Shown one piece after another: positions 40,101 through 50,700 of a stretch of 64,000 nucleotides of DNA. Source of the stretch: Roseibacillus sp. (GTDB lineage Bacteria; Verrucomicrobiota; Verrucomicrobiia; Verrucomicrobiales; Akkermansiaceae); contig CBDEUM010000029.1 of assembly GCA_965242925.1 (NCBI GenBank), positions 128,001-192,000 of the forward strand, given 5' to 3'. Numbering within the stretch: position 1 is the stretch's first letter; each line of letters starts with the position of its first letter. Under the pieces are notes generated by a model. It was not told the DNA's origin. It worked only from the letters and a program-made list of their open reading frames with translations, and did no database searches. The position numbers were made by a program, and so were the translations under genes.

Positions 40101-40620
40101 TTCGGATGGCAGTGAGTCCAACCCGATCAAGCGAGGGGCCTGGCTGGCGCGAAGGATCATCGGGGAGCCTCCCGCCCCGCCTCCTCCCAATGTTCCGGAA
40201 CTTCCTGGCGGGCAGGAGGCAGAGGGCAAGACCCTGCGAGAGCGTCTGGAGCAGCATCGTGACAAGGTGGGATGTGCGGAGTGTCACCGCAAGATCGACC
40301 CCTGGGGCCTGCCCCTTGAGCAATTTGACGCCGGGGGGCTCTTGAAAAAAGGCAAGGTTGATGCCCGCTCCACCCTTCCCGATGAAACGGAGATTTCCGG
40401 CACGAGTGATCTCAAGCGTTACCTGACGGAAGAGCGTCTTGACCAGGTGGCGCGGTCCTTTCTGGAGCACCTCTGTATCTATGCGGTTGGGCGCGATCTC
40501 ACCTTCAATGAACGGGAATATCTGCGGGTGGAAGGTCGTCGGCAGTTGTCAGGAAAGGGCTACCGGATGCGGGATTGTTTTCTTTTCGTAGTCCAAAGTC
40601 CCCTTTTCCTTGAGAAATGA
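37102..40620 (+). CDS. DUF1587/1595/1592/1588/1585 family heme-motif protein with inserted CBM-like domain
   Basis: CYRCH, RRLTVAQYHNTLRDLLG, RAFRRP, ELAAKLSYFLW, NPIKRGAW, CAECHRKIDPWG. Confidence 0.88.
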   Translation: MGLSLSAPIRFLPFFLMGGIVGLGMARGESEEREPHLRQLESQFRETVQPFLKSYCYRCHGSRKMKSGVRVDQLDLSLEDKQLFLLQHIHKQLKDEVMPPEDERQPGAEERQLVLEWVRQALEEGARKVSPKDGSVRRLTVAQYHNTLRDLLGVEDHLADALPADGVSKEGFKNNKDTLLLTPQMIETYFDIAEKALDLCLVDETKKPRIQCFRVELGKGVNKKPTADKLVLNGPNLLPKADFLVRQVVPDKPFPFEPFAMRTKFRFFEGYAGNGTVRAWRNFEGIYHNVFAALNGKFTGGLNYGRSYVFIPEGLLLRPRSPETQNGKPPQQGPSPSFSMPLRELPSSGMFQLTVEAARYDDGFQPNSHLWKAGVGFELDVNGGKGASLEIPAAGVYQLDVVLEGNPRDDVMTADIGQRTFSKRLKGKFAKGSESAGAGAGKSPLGIVIDDPAADKVGDWTDSVHGKPYLGKGYIHDGNTSKGAKFVTFNVKLPRTGNYQVNLAYTYGNNRSPAVPVEIHHADGVESAKVNQMKQPPIGGLFTPLGTFRFEKEKPAIVVISNKDTRGVVVVDGLQVIEEEAGKKPAAKKDGKEQKSKNTARLKKGEVIIPFLVARFAKGASPIKIGNGDGKNLRRVHVTPVSSESESGRQFAAFEKRAPTVSAHIGVRTDVGPRSTRVDQLLAVPSATVERYSFRAPISSFPSPETEEGNANYLAGLWEIAIRSEPSGDRQVPRLLLGAVEFEGPFYETWPPRGHRDIFFASERRKDPPAYAREVLERFGARAFRRPVTPKELESLVGVWQKSYARKQDFQESVRDALLVILTSPQFLFLVEESAGPQAEPLSPYELAAKLSYFLWNTAPDARLIELAGAGKLGAAVPAEIDRLVAHERFLQFTGEFVSQWLSLDKFDVVNISGGKYPRLNRETKRELRKEPVRFVTHLIRSNLPLRNLITSDFIVANDVVAGYYGLGGKAENGYAFTPVRHGGETLGGVLTQAAILSGLSDGSESNPIKRGAWLARRIIGEPPAPPPPNVPELPGGQEAEGKTLRERLEQHRDKVGCAECHRKIDPWGLPLEQFDAGGLLKKGKVDARSTLPDETEISGTSDLKRYLTEERLDQVARSFLEHLCIYAVGRDLTFNEREYLRVEGRRQLSGKGYRMRDCFLFVVQSPLFLEK

Positions 40621-40717
40621 CTCCCGGATGCGGCAGGGCTATCCGGGGTGAGGAGGCTCCCATTCCATCGTACCCTTGTGGTGAGGACATCTTCTGGTAG
40701 TGTCATTTTCAGGAAGG

Positions 40718-42052
40718 ATGCCGAATCAGTTCAAGATCGACCGCCGCGCAGTCCTCAAGGGCATGGCGGGCGTGGCCCTGCCCCTGCCGCTGTTGGAAGC
40801 GATGGGAAAGGAGGTTGCTGAGAAAACGCCCCGGCGATTTTGTGCATTCTACGTCGCCAACGGCATGACCCTTCCCGACCCGAAGCTCGGGATCGACGAT
40901 TGGAGCTGGTTTCCCCGGGCGGAGAAAGCCGGAAAATTCGTCTTTGGAATCCCGACCGAGCCACTGAGTCCCCATCGTGGAAAACTCAGTTTCTTCGGAG
41001 GTTTGCAGCATCTGAACGGGACGAAAAATGATCCTCACGTCTGCTCGGACATGTGGTTGACGGGCGCTCCTCTGCACGATCCCGCGCCCGGAACCTACAA
41101 TACGGTGGGACTGGACCAGGTTGTGGCAGAGCATACCCGGCATCACTGCCGTCGCCCCTCGCTGGTTCTCTCGATTGATGCGGGCACGGGCTACACCTCG
41201 CGCACGGCTACCATTTCATATGATCGTGAAGGCAAGCCCATCCCGGCTGAGAATAATCCCCGGCGTATCTTTGAAAGCCTTTTCAAGAGTAACCGGGGAA
41301 CACTTGAGAGCCAGCGGGCGCAGTTGCGCATGCGCATGAAACTGGTGGATGCGGTTTCCGAAAACGCGAAGGCACTCGACCGGAAGCTCGGGCAGGCCGA
41401 TCGCGAGAAGATGGAACAATACATGACCTCCCTCAACGAATTCGAGTCACGCCTCCAGACCTCCGAGAAGTGGCTCGATATTCCGCTGAAAGAGCAGGAC
41501 TACTCCCACCTGAATCTCGACGCGAATCCTGCTGATGACCCGCAGGCCTATTACCGCACTATGCTGGATCTCATTGCGCTTGCTTTTGACGCCGACATTA
41601 CCCGCAGCGTCACCTTCATGATGAACCGGGAAGATGGCATGGGAATCAGCGATACCTTCCCGCTCAAGCTCGGGATGAGCATGACCCATCACAGCATGTC
41701 CCACAAGAAGGACAGGAACGGGTTGATCGAGTGGGGCAAGTACGACCGGTTCCTGAGCGAGCAGCTGGCCTATTTCCTGAGGCGTATGGATGGTTACCGG
41801 GACAGGCAGGGAACCGTGCTCGATAACACGATTGTCCTCTATGGCAGCGGAGCCAGCACCACGCACAAGAATACCAATCTTCCGACGCTCGTCGCGGGAG
41901 GCGCCAACATGGGCCTCAAGCATGGTCAATACCACCAGGCCGGTGGGCGCATGACCGACATGTACCTGAGCATCCTGCACTCCATGGGAATTGGGGAGGA
42001 GTCCTTCGGGGACAGCCGTGGGACGCTGCGCGATTCGATTTTCGGGGTGTAA
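40718..42052 (+). CDS. DUF1552 (HxxSHH) family protein with Tat signal
   Basis: DRRAVLKG...[39 protein letters not shown]. Confidence 0.88.
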   Translation: MPNQFKIDRRAVLKGMAGVALPLPLLEAMGKEVAEKTPRRFCAFYVANGMTLPDPKLGIDDWSWFPRAEKAGKFVFGIPTEPLSPHRGKLSFFGGLQHLNGTKNDPHVCSDMWLTGAPLHDPAPGTYNTVGLDQVVAEHTRHHCRRPSLVLSIDAGTGYTSRTATISYDREGKPIPAENNPRRIFESLFKSNRGTLESQRAQLRMRMKLVDAVSENAKALDRKLGQADREKMEQYMTSLNEFESRLQTSEKWLDIPLKEQDYSHLNLDANPADDPQAYYRTMLDLIALAFDADITRSVTFMMNREDGMGISDTFPLKLGMSMTHHSMSHKKDRNGLIEWGKYDRFLSEQLAYFLRRMDGYRDRQGTVLDNTIVLYGSGASTTHKNTNLPTLVAGGANMGLKHGQYHQAGGRMTDMYLSILHSMGIGEESFGDSRGTLRDSIFGV

Positions 42053-42067
42053 TCCGTCTCCTGTTCC

Positions 42068-43885
42068 TCAGTCCAGGTAGATAGCCTCGTTGCTGTTCAG
42101 GAGCGCGAGGGCCAGGTCGGACCGCGATCCGGCAGCGAGAAGGTCCTGGGCGATGGCGCGTTCTCCGGGGGTGGGCAAACGCGCGAAGAGAAGCAGGTAA
42201 AGGTGTCCCACGGGATCCTTCTCCGAGGATATCCGATCCGCCAGGGCGGTCGCGATGGTTCCACTGAACTCCGAGTTGAGCAGGGTGAGGGACTGGGTTG
42301 GGGTGGTCGATTTGTTTCGCTGCGGGCAACTGGCGTTACTGTCGGGGCGGTCAAAGACGTCGAAGAGGGGATAGCGCAGATTTCGGCGGACGAAGATGTA
42401 GATACTTCGGCGCAGGTGGTCGGCAGGATCGGTGCTGACCACCCAGTTCTTGTTGCGGATGGTAGCGGTGATCTCACGCGGCAGCGGAGGCCTGACCCCG
42501 GGGCCTCCCGCCTTGCGATTGAGGAGCCCGGCCACCGCGAGGAAGGAGTCCCGAATCGCTTCGCCCTCCAGGCGTTTGCGGGGAGCGCGGGAGAGGAGGA
42601 AGTTGCCGGGATCACGGGAGAGCCGCTTTTGCCAGTCCGGGCCTGATCCCCGGCTGGCCTGCCGGTAGGTCCGGGAGGTCAGAATCAGGCGGTGCATGGC
42701 TTTCAGGCTCCACTTTCGATGCGGCAGTTCGGTGGCGAGCCAATCCAGTAAGGCTGGGTGGGTGGGTTTCTGTCCGGTGCGCCCGAAGTCGTTGGGAGTG
42801 GTCACCAGGGCGCGGCCGAAGTGGTGGAGCCAGAGACGGTTGACGATGACACGGGTGGTGAGCGGGTGGTTGGTCCTGGTGAGCCACGCTGCGAGGGCGG
42901 TGCGACGGTAGGAAGTGGTGGCTCCATCCGGGGTGGCAGGGAGCTGGTCCCCGCCCGGATTGAGGATACGGGGGAAGGCCGGACCAACAGGATCACCGGG
43001 CCGGCGGAAATCGCCGCGCTCCATGACGAAGCTTAGGGGCGGAGCCAGCTGATGCTCCTTCACGTGGGGAAGGAGCTGTCGGCTCTTCTTGGGATCGATT
43101 ACGGTGGCGGCAAAGAAGGAACGGAAGCGGTAGAAGTCCTCGATGCTGATGGGATCGGTCTTATGGGCGTGGCACTGGGCACAACCGAGGGTGAGACCGA
43201 GGAAGGCCTCGCCCACGGTCTGCGTCATCTTGTTCAGGAACTCGTGGCGGCGCTCGGTCGCGAGGTTGATATCGGTCATGTCCGGTCCGGCCATGAGGAA
43301 GCCGGTGGCGAGGCGGGCGTGTTCATCAGGAGGGGCCACTTCGTCGCCCGCGAGCTGATGCCGGAGGAAGCGGTCGTAGGGCAGATCGTCATTGAGAGCC
43401 CGGATGACCCAGTCGCGATAGCGCCAGGCCTCCTTTCTCTCCTGGTCGAATTCAAAGCCGTCACTTTCTGCAAAGCGGGCCACATCGAGCCAGTGCTGAG
43501 CCCAGCGTTCGCCGTAGGAGGAGGAAGAAAGGAGGCGGTCGATGACGTGCTCGTAGGCAGTGGGGCTGGGATCGTTGAGAAAGGCCTCGATTTCAGCAGG
43601 GGTCGGCGGGAGGCCGGTCAGGTCGAAGGTGACCCGGCGCAGGAGGGTGCGGCGATCGGCTTCCGGTGCCACGGCGAGACCCTTTTCGGCAAGCCTTGCG
43701 CCGATAAACCGGTCGATCGGATTCGGGGCGTCCCCTTCAGGGAGCCCGGGGCGCACCGGAGGGCGGAAAGACCAGTGCCGGCGTTCCACGTCGGTGATGG
43801 CGCGCTCGGGTTCGGAGGCCTGAGTTGCGGCCGGGCATCCCAGCAGCAGGAAGACCGGAATTACGATTCTCGGGACTGGTTTCAT
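42068..43885 (-). CDS. DUF1549 + DUF1553 protein without N-terminal cytochrome domain
   Basis: HWSF, NPIDRF, WLDVARFAES, CAQCHAHK, NRLWLHHFG, RRSIY. Confidence 0.9.
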   Translation of the reverse strand: MKPVPRIVIPVFLLLGCPAATQASEPERAITDVERRHWSFRPPVRPGLPEGDAPNPIDRFIGARLAEKGLAVAPEADRRTLLRRVTFDLTGLPPTPAEIEAFLNDPSPTAYEHVIDRLLSSSSYGERWAQHWLDVARFAESDGFEFDQERKEAWRYRDWVIRALNDDLPYDRFLRHQLAGDEVAPPDEHARLATGFLMAGPDMTDINLATERRHEFLNKMTQTVGEAFLGLTLGCAQCHAHKTDPISIEDFYRFRSFFAATVIDPKKSRQLLPHVKEHQLAPPLSFVMERGDFRRPGDPVGPAFPRILNPGGDQLPATPDGATTSYRRTALAAWLTRTNHPLTTRVIVNRLWLHHFGRALVTTPNDFGRTGQKPTHPALLDWLATELPHRKWSLKAMHRLILTSRTYRQASRGSGPDWQKRLSRDPGNFLLSRAPRKRLEGEAIRDSFLAVAGLLNRKAGGPGVRPPLPREITATIRNKNWVVSTDPADHLRRSIYIFVRRNLRYPLFDVFDRPDSNASCPQRNKSTTPTQSLTLLNSEFSGTIATALADRISSEKDPVGHLYLLLFARLPTPGERAIAQDLLAAGSRSDLALALLNSNEAIYLD

Positions 43886-43886
43886 T

Positions 43887-45296
43887 TCAACCCAGGATGT
43901 CGTGTACGACGGTTCCCGCCACGTCGGTGAGGCGGTCCCGGCGCCCGTTGTGGAGATACGTGAGCTGCTCGTGATCAATACCGAGCAGGTGGAGCCAGGT
44001 GGCGTGCAGATCATGGACGTGGACAGGCTTGTCCTGGGCGCGCAGGCCGATCGCGTCCGTGGAGCCGTAGGCGGTTCCGCCTGTCACCCCGGCTCCCGCC
44101 ATGACAACACTGTAACCCCAGGGATTATGATCGCGTCCGGTCCCCTGTTCGCTCATGGGCATCCGGCCGAACTCGCCACCCCAGATAACGAGAGTGTCCT
44201 CCAGCAGGCCCCGTGCCTTGAGATCGCGGAGCAGGCCGGCGACCGGTTTGTCGGTGGCATTGCAGTAATGGTTGTGGTTCTTGAGGACATCCTTGTGGGC
44301 GTCCCATCCGGTGGTACCACCGGAGTAGAGTTGCACGAAGCGGACGCCACTTTCGAGCATACGGCGGGCGAGGAGACAGCGTGTGCCGAACTCCCGGGTG
44401 TGCTTCTCGTCGATTCCGTAGAGTTTGCGGGTGGCCTCGCTTTCGCGCGAGATATCGACCAGTTCAGGAGCGGCGGTCTGCATCCGGAAGGCGAGTTCGT
44501 ACGAGCGGACCCGGGCACCGAGCTCGTCGTCAAAATCACGCTGGGCGAGATGCTCACCGTTGAGCTTGCGGATGGCATCCAGGACCCGGCGTTGGCGCTC
44601 GGGAGTGATATCCTTTTGGGGATGAAGGTTGAGGATGGGGTTGCTTCCGGGGCGCATGGTAGTGCCCTGGTAGGTGGCGGGGAGAAAGCCGCTGCCCCAG
44701 GCTGGAGGGCCGCCCTTCAGGCCCCCTCCCGGATCAGGAAGGACCACGAAGGCGGGCATGTTCTGGTTCTCGCTACCCAGTCCGTAAGCCACCCAGCTGC
44801 CAAGGCTCGGCTTGCCCATTAAAATGGAGCCGGTGTTCATCTGGTAAACCGACTGTGGGTGGTTGACGCTGTCACCGTGGCAGCTGCGAACGACACAGAG
44901 GTCATCGGCCAGCCCCGAGAGGTGGGGGAGGAATTCGCTGATCTCGAGACCGGATTGTCCGTGGTGGTGAAAGGGCTTGATTGGCCCGAGGAGTGGATTC
45001 CGGGCGACTTCCCTGCGGGTCATGACGGAACCGAAACTCTCCGGGAGTGGTTTGCCCGAGTGCTTCTGCAGGTCGGGCTTGGGATCCCAGAGATCCATGT
45101 GGCTGGGCCCGCCATGCATGAAGAGATAGATCACGCGTCTGGCCTGTCCGGGGAAGTGGGATGGCTTTGGTACGAGTGGACGATTCGTTGTTGCGGCGTT
45201 CCCCTCCCCGGACGGGAGGAGATGGGCCAGGGCCAGGCTGCCGATGCCACCGCCGGAATGGAGGAGGAACTGGCGTCTGCTGGCGGACGGTGGCAT
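43887..45296 (-). CDS. DUF1501 family protein with Tat signal
   Basis: SRRQFLL, GGPSHMDLWDPKP, WDAH, GEFGRMP, GRDHNP. Confidence 0.9.
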   Translation of the reverse strand: MPPSASRRQFLLHSGGGIGSLALAHLLPSGEGNAATTNRPLVPKPSHFPGQARRVIYLFMHGGPSHMDLWDPKPDLQKHSGKPLPESFGSVMTRREVARNPLLGPIKPFHHHGQSGLEISEFLPHLSGLADDLCVVRSCHGDSVNHPQSVYQMNTGSILMGKPSLGSWVAYGLGSENQNMPAFVVLPDPGGGLKGGPPAWGSGFLPATYQGTTMRPGSNPILNLHPQKDITPERQRRVLDAIRKLNGEHLAQRDFDDELGARVRSYELAFRMQTAAPELVDISRESEATRKLYGIDEKHTREFGTRCLLARRMLESGVRFVQLYSGGTTGWDAHKDVLKNHNHYCNATDKPVAGLLRDLKARGLLEDTLVIWGGEFGRMPMSEQGTGRDHNPWGYSVVMAGAGVTGGTAYGSTDAIGLRAQDKPVHVHDLHATWLHLLGIDHEQLTYLHNGRRDRLTDVAGTVVHDILG

Positions 45297-45507
45297 CGGA
45301 GATTTCTAGCATTGTGATCGGGTGGAACCAAGCCGCCACCACGCTTTTGTATGCGTTCTCCCCGTCACCATTGATCTCCCGGCGCCGGGGATTCTTCGTG
45401 CCGTTCATGCTGGCGTGCAGTTTGTGCTGTTCCCCCGCGTCTGGAATCGTGCGGCCTGTGGCCACAAACCACTTTCGGGCGAGGCGTTCACGCGTTAGAA
45501 GTCACCC

Positions 45508-46914
45508 ATGAAACGCTTGTGGCCTTTCCTCCTGGTCCTGGCTTCCTGCCTGCACGCCCGGGAGGCACCCAACATCCTTGTCATCATGGCCGATGATTGC
45601 ACCTACAACGATCTGCCGGTCTATGGGGGAGAGAACGCGAAAACACCGAATATCGACAAACTGGCGAAAGAGAGCCTGGTCTTCAACCGCGCCTATCTTA
45701 CGGAAGCGATGTGCCAACCGTGCCGGGCGGAATTGTTCAGCGGGCAGTATCCCATGCGCAATGGCTGTGCCTGGAACCATTCCGCCAGTCGCGATTCGGT
45801 CACCAGCATGCCGCAGCATCTCACCCCGCTCGGATATCGGGTCGGCCTGGCTGGGAAGGTGCACGTGAAGCCGAAGAAGGCGTTTCCTTTTGAGGTGGTG
45901 AAGGGTTTCGATACGAACTGCGTTCGTAATCCCACCCGCCCTCATCAGCTGGAGGGCCTGGTTGAGTTCATGGAGCGGGACCGGAAGAAGCCCTTCTGCC
46001 TGGTGGTGGCGCTGGTGGAGCCGCATATCCCGTGGGTGATGGGAGATGCTTCTCAATATCCCCCGGCCAAGCTGAAATTGCCCCCCAATATCGCGGACAC
46101 GGTGCGGACCCGGCAGGATTTTGCAGCCTACCTGGCCGAGATCACCTACATGGACGGCCAAGTGGGGGAGATTCTCAGGACGCTGGGAAAAAGTGGCAAG
46201 GCGAAGGATACCCTGGTCCTGTTCACTTCGGAACAGGGTTCACAGTTCCCCGGCTGCAAGTGGACCAACTGGGACACGGGGGTGCACACTGCCTTCATGG
46301 CACGCTGGCCGGGTCGGATCGAGGAAGGACGACGCACGGATGCCGTCGTGCACTACGCCGATATCCTGCCCACGGTCCTTGCGCTGGCCGGGGGTGATGG
46401 TTCCAGGCACGCCTATGACGGCAGCAGTTTTGCGGAGGTGCTCCTCGGAAAGGAAGATCGCCACCGCGAGTATGCCTACGGGCTTCACAACAACATTCCG
46501 GAAGGTCCGCGGTATCCGATCCGGACGGTGACGGATGGCGAGTGGCGCTATATCCGGAACCTGCTTCCGGAAGAGATTTACATCGAAAAACACCTGATGG
46601 GAATGAAGGGAACGGGGGTGCTCAACAACCCCTACTGGGCGACCTGGGTGCGGGATTCATGGAACGATCCCCATACCTACAAGGTGGTGCGCCGCTACAT
46701 GCGCCGTCCCGCTGAGCAACTTTACCGCACTTCGCAGGACCCCTACGAAATGAATAATCTGGCTGAAAATCCGGCCTTTGCCGCCATCAAGGCGAGGCTG
46801 AGTGCTGAATTGAATCGCTGGATGAAGGAGCAGGGAGATCCCGGGGCCCCGCAGGACACCCACAGGGCCCATCAGGCCGCCCGGGAGGGGAAGCACCTCT
46901 ACGGGGTAAAGTAG
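45508..46914 (+). CDS. Sulfatase (N-sulfoglucosamine sulfohydrolase-like)
   Basis: PNILVIMADD, CQPCR active-site motif, GKVH, EPH, DPYEMNNLA. Confidence 0.88.
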   Translation: MKRLWPFLLVLASCLHAREAPNILVIMADDCTYNDLPVYGGENAKTPNIDKLAKESLVFNRAYLTEAMCQPCRAELFSGQYPMRNGCAWNHSASRDSVTSMPQHLTPLGYRVGLAGKVHVKPKKAFPFEVVKGFDTNCVRNPTRPHQLEGLVEFMERDRKKPFCLVVALVEPHIPWVMGDASQYPPAKLKLPPNIADTVRTRQDFAAYLAEITYMDGQVGEILRTLGKSGKAKDTLVLFTSEQGSQFPGCKWTNWDTGVHTAFMARWPGRIEEGRRTDAVVHYADILPTVLALAGGDGSRHAYDGSSFAEVLLGKEDRHREYAYGLHNNIPEGPRYPIRTVTDGEWRYIRNLLPEEIYIEKHLMGMKGTGVLNNPYWATWVRDSWNDPHTYKVVRRYMRRPAEQLYRTSQDPYEMNNLAENPAFAAIKARLSAELNRWMKEQGDPGAPQDTHRAHQAAREGKHLYGVK

Positions 46915-47010
46915 TTCAATAGCGGGGCCGTCCATCCCCGCAGGTCCGTGGGGATTGGAGAAGGGCCGGGCGGGCGCGGTTGTCCGGACACCGGTGAGAA
47001 GATCCGGGAC

Positions 47011-47751
47011 TCACTTCCTCTTCTGCTGGAAGAGCCAGTCGTGAATCTCGGACTGGTTGAAGACCTTGCTGGTGATGAGATGGCCGGCAGGGAGTTCACT
47101 ATACTTGTGTGCGATGCCCTTTTCCTTCAGGGCATTCGAGATGTCCCGGGCCCGCTGGATCTTGACGGATTTGTCGCGGCGACCGTGAAAGATCCAGATA
47201 TTGATGCCCTGGAGGTGGGAGACATCCTTGATGCTGGCGGCTCCGGCCAGGGGAACGGCGGCGGCGAAGAGATCGGGTCGCTTGTCGATGAGATGCCAGA
47301 CACCGTAGCCACCTAGGGAGAATCCGGTCAGGTAGACGCGTTTGGGATCGGCCACCTTGACCTCCTTGAGGAAGTCCTGGAGGAGAGAGAGGACGGAGTC
47401 TCCGGAGCGGGTCATCCAGGCCTGACCGTGATCGCATTGCGGGGCGATGAGGATGCAGGGATGCTGCGGGAAGTTGCGCACGAAGGAAGCGGGCACCGCG
47501 ACCTTGGTCTGTTTGAGGTTGTCGGTCCCGCATTTGGCCGATCCGTGGAGATAGATCACGACCGGGAGGGAGGCGGTGCGGGCGACTTTCTTCGGGGCAT
47601 AGACCTTGTAGACGATATTTCCGTGGGCTCCCCCCACCCAACGGCCGGCAAAGTGCTTCTGGTACTTTCCGAGGAGCGGGTTGGCATGGAGGGGGAGAAT
47701 CCCGGTCAGGGCAAACAGCCCCAGGAGGAGGCGGATGGAAGGGGCAGTCAT
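47011..47751 (-). CDS. Secreted alpha/beta hydrolase (predicted peptidase/esterase)
   Basis: YLHGS, IAPQC, YLTGFSLGGYG, WIFHG..D, GH. Confidence 0.85.
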   Translation of the reverse strand: MTAPSIRLLLGLFALTGILPLHANPLLGKYQKHFAGRWVGGAHGNIVYKVYAPKKVARTASLPVVIYLHGSAKCGTDNLKQTKVAVPASFVRNFPQHPCILIAPQCDHGQAWMTRSGDSVLSLLQDFLKEVKVADPKRVYLTGFSLGGYGVWHLIDKRPDLFAAAVPLAGAASIKDVSHLQGINIWIFHGRRDKSVKIQRARDISNALKEKGIAHKYSELPAGHLITSKVFNQSEIHDWLFQQKRK

Positions 47752-47784
47752 GTCAGGGCGTGGAACAGGAGCATGGGCCCCGGT

Positions 47785-50700
47785 TCAGGGGCGCACCAGT
47801 CGCAAAAGCCTGCGATCCCCAACCGGGATAACGCGCACCACATTGAAGCCCGCGGCTTCCAGGACGGGAGCCGGACTGAAGGACCAGGGGAACTGGTCCG
47901 GTCTCGGAGATTCCTGGAGGAAAAACTGGCCTGCTTCAGGCAGAAGGGGCCAGGAGATGGTGACGCTGCCGTCGGGCAGGACGCGGAAGGATGGGTCGGG
48001 AAGGGGCGGGAGGGCATTTGTACTTCCGCCCCGGCTCGTGAGGATCCCGTTGACGGTGAGGTCGTGATCTCCTCGTCTGCCATCGACAAAGTGCAGCAAC
48101 ATGCGATCGCCGTCGATCTGTGCGCCGGTCGTGCCGTCATAGGAGAAGTCATACCAGTGAGGAACGGGATTGTCCGGGGTTGGACCGAAGCCATGAAAGC
48201 CATCACCCAGTTGCTCGCTGGAGGCCAGAACGGCCACGGTGACAGAACCTCCATTCGGGAGTCCAACCAGATCGAAATGCCAGATTTCGTGCGGGAATTC
48301 CTGACTGGTCAGGGGAGGCAGGGCGAGGAGGGATTCAGCGGAGACGCTCCTCATCGTCATCCCCTCCGAGGTGGCGATGGTGAGTGACCCCGAGAGGAGG
48401 ACCGGAAAGGAGGCGACATGCCCCTGTCGGGCGTCTGGAACTCCGTCCTCGTTTGCGTCCCCCGTAGCCAGTCCCTCTTCCAAGCTGTCGCTGATGCCGT
48501 CACCGTCGGTATCTGTGGGCCCCTCGATACGGATCCACTCGCTGTATTCCGAAGTATTGAGAGAACTGTTGGTGATGGAGGCGCGGATGTGGGACCCACG
48601 CAGATCAATCGCACTTTGCAGGTCGAAGGTGAAGGGGATGACCGGGGAGGTGTGGTTGAGAGGAATGATCTCCGAGTACTGGGAACCGAACACCGTGGTA
48701 GTGGGCATGGAGAAGACGATCTCAAGTTGGTAGCTACCTGCGGATGCTCCGGGAAGATGACCCACGCATTGAACGGTGTTCCCGTCCTGGACGACGCGCT
48801 GTAGAACGGGGGGGTTGATCTTGTGATTGCCGCCCTCGTCGAGGTCATCCGGATCGGGGGCGTCACGCCCGTCTCCTTCCGGTCCCGTGGAGAGGTCGAT
48901 ATCGAGGTGTCCGTTGTCGGCGATGAAATTTCCGTGGAGCCGGTTGTTTCCGCCACCGCTCACCAGGATTCCCTCCAGATGGTTATGGACGATGTTGTTT
49001 GCCTCGAGGGATTGTGGCCGGCCTCCGATTCGGTTATCGCTGCTGTCCAGGATGTGAATGCCACGCAGGTTGGGGCGGGGAACGGGAGCCTCGGGGCCGA
49101 AGGGAGCCTGGGCTCCGATCAGGTTTCCGTGCACCCGGTTCAACCCCGGGATGTAGGAAACCGGCCCGGGAGGCGAGGTGAGGAGGATTCCGGTGGGATT
49201 GGAGTAGATCTGTCCACGATCGGCGAGGAGGGATCCGCCGATCAGTGTCTGACGTCCTTCGCAATGTACTCCACACTCTCCATTTTCGGATGATCGGAGT
49301 CCCTTCAATTCGTTCCCGATGCCACGCACCAGGACGCCGGAGCGCAGGTTGCAGTGCGTCTCATTGCCCTCCAATACGGCGTGATCGCACTCAAGTGCGA
49401 TTCCATTACCTGCATTGCGCAGGGAGAAGGGAGTCAGGCGGGCACCCGTGATATTGTTGCTCAGGGTAGTGCCACTGGCGTCCCCGATGACGCGGATGCC
49501 GTCAGCCCCGTTGCCCTGCACCCTGCATTCCGTGATGGTGTTGCCGGGGGCCTGATGGAGAACGATCCCACCCAGGAAGCCGGCGGCGATGGATTCCCAG
49601 GGGCTTGTTTCGTTCAGACTGGTGAAGTGGATGCTGCTGTTGGCGAGGTTGCTGTCGAGGGCAGCAAAGGAAGGCATTGAGGTGCGCGGGGAGGGGGAGA
49701 GGAGGAGATTCCCGAAGGCAATTCCCGGGCCGAGCAGGTTGCTGGAATGGGTCCCGGGGAACGAGCCACCCACTGTGGTCGATATCGTGTTGCCGGTGGC
49801 CTCGGGGCCAAAGACGCCGATCCCGCCCACCCAGTTGCCGGCGATATGGCAGTTTGAAATGACATTGCCGGGGCATTCGATCCGGATTCCGTAGCCTTCA
49901 TTGCCAGCCCCGGTCTCTCCCACGGGCGCGAGACCAAGATAGCAATCCTCGATCCGGTTTCCTCCCCCGCCCTTGAGAAGGATGCCGCTGGGATTGGGGG
50001 CGGCAGGACCGGGAATCCCGCCAAAGGCGGCAGAGCGGAAGCGGGTGAAAGACAGTCCTCGCAGGGTGGAGTCACCTCCGGAGAGAACCAGTCCATCTGA
50101 ACTGTTTCCCTCGGGAAGGTTTTTTCCGCTGATCTCCACGGCGAAGGAACCGGGGCCTGGCTGTGTCGTTCCGTCGATCAGGATTGATCCGGTTGCTTCA
50201 GGGAGAGGTGACTGCAGGGTGATGCGGGGATTTTCCCCGACCGGCATGTTGAATCCGATCGTGTCGAGGCCCTCACGCCGGTTTGCCAGTTCCAGAGCGG
50301 CGCGGAGGGTGATCTGTTCGCCCGGGGTGGCCGGATCAGCATCCAGCCATTCGTCGAGAGGATCAGGATCGCCGAGATCCCGGTCGTCATTGACAATGAG
50401 AAAGGACAACATACGGACGCGAAAGGTGCGGCTCTGAGGCAGGCTGTTCCCATCAACCGGGGTAGCCGTGAGAGTGGTGGTCCGGATGGAATGCTCCGGA
50501 GTGCCGGCGCCGAAGAAGGCTGCCTGGATCGTGAGACCACCGGCTCCGGGATCTACGCTGAGGGTAACCCCTGCAGGAGAGAGGATCCCGGACGTAATGT
50601 TTTCGAGATTGTTGGCGAGGTAGACGACCGCCCAACTGGTTTCGGTGTTCTCCACGGCCTTGATCACGAACTCCCGGGCGGCAGGGCGATTGTTGAGGAT

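Noticed and set aside
45711..45728. CQPCR sulfatase motif with an extra Cys as a novel active site
   Set aside because: Still fits the CxPxR consensus; the fourth position is variable
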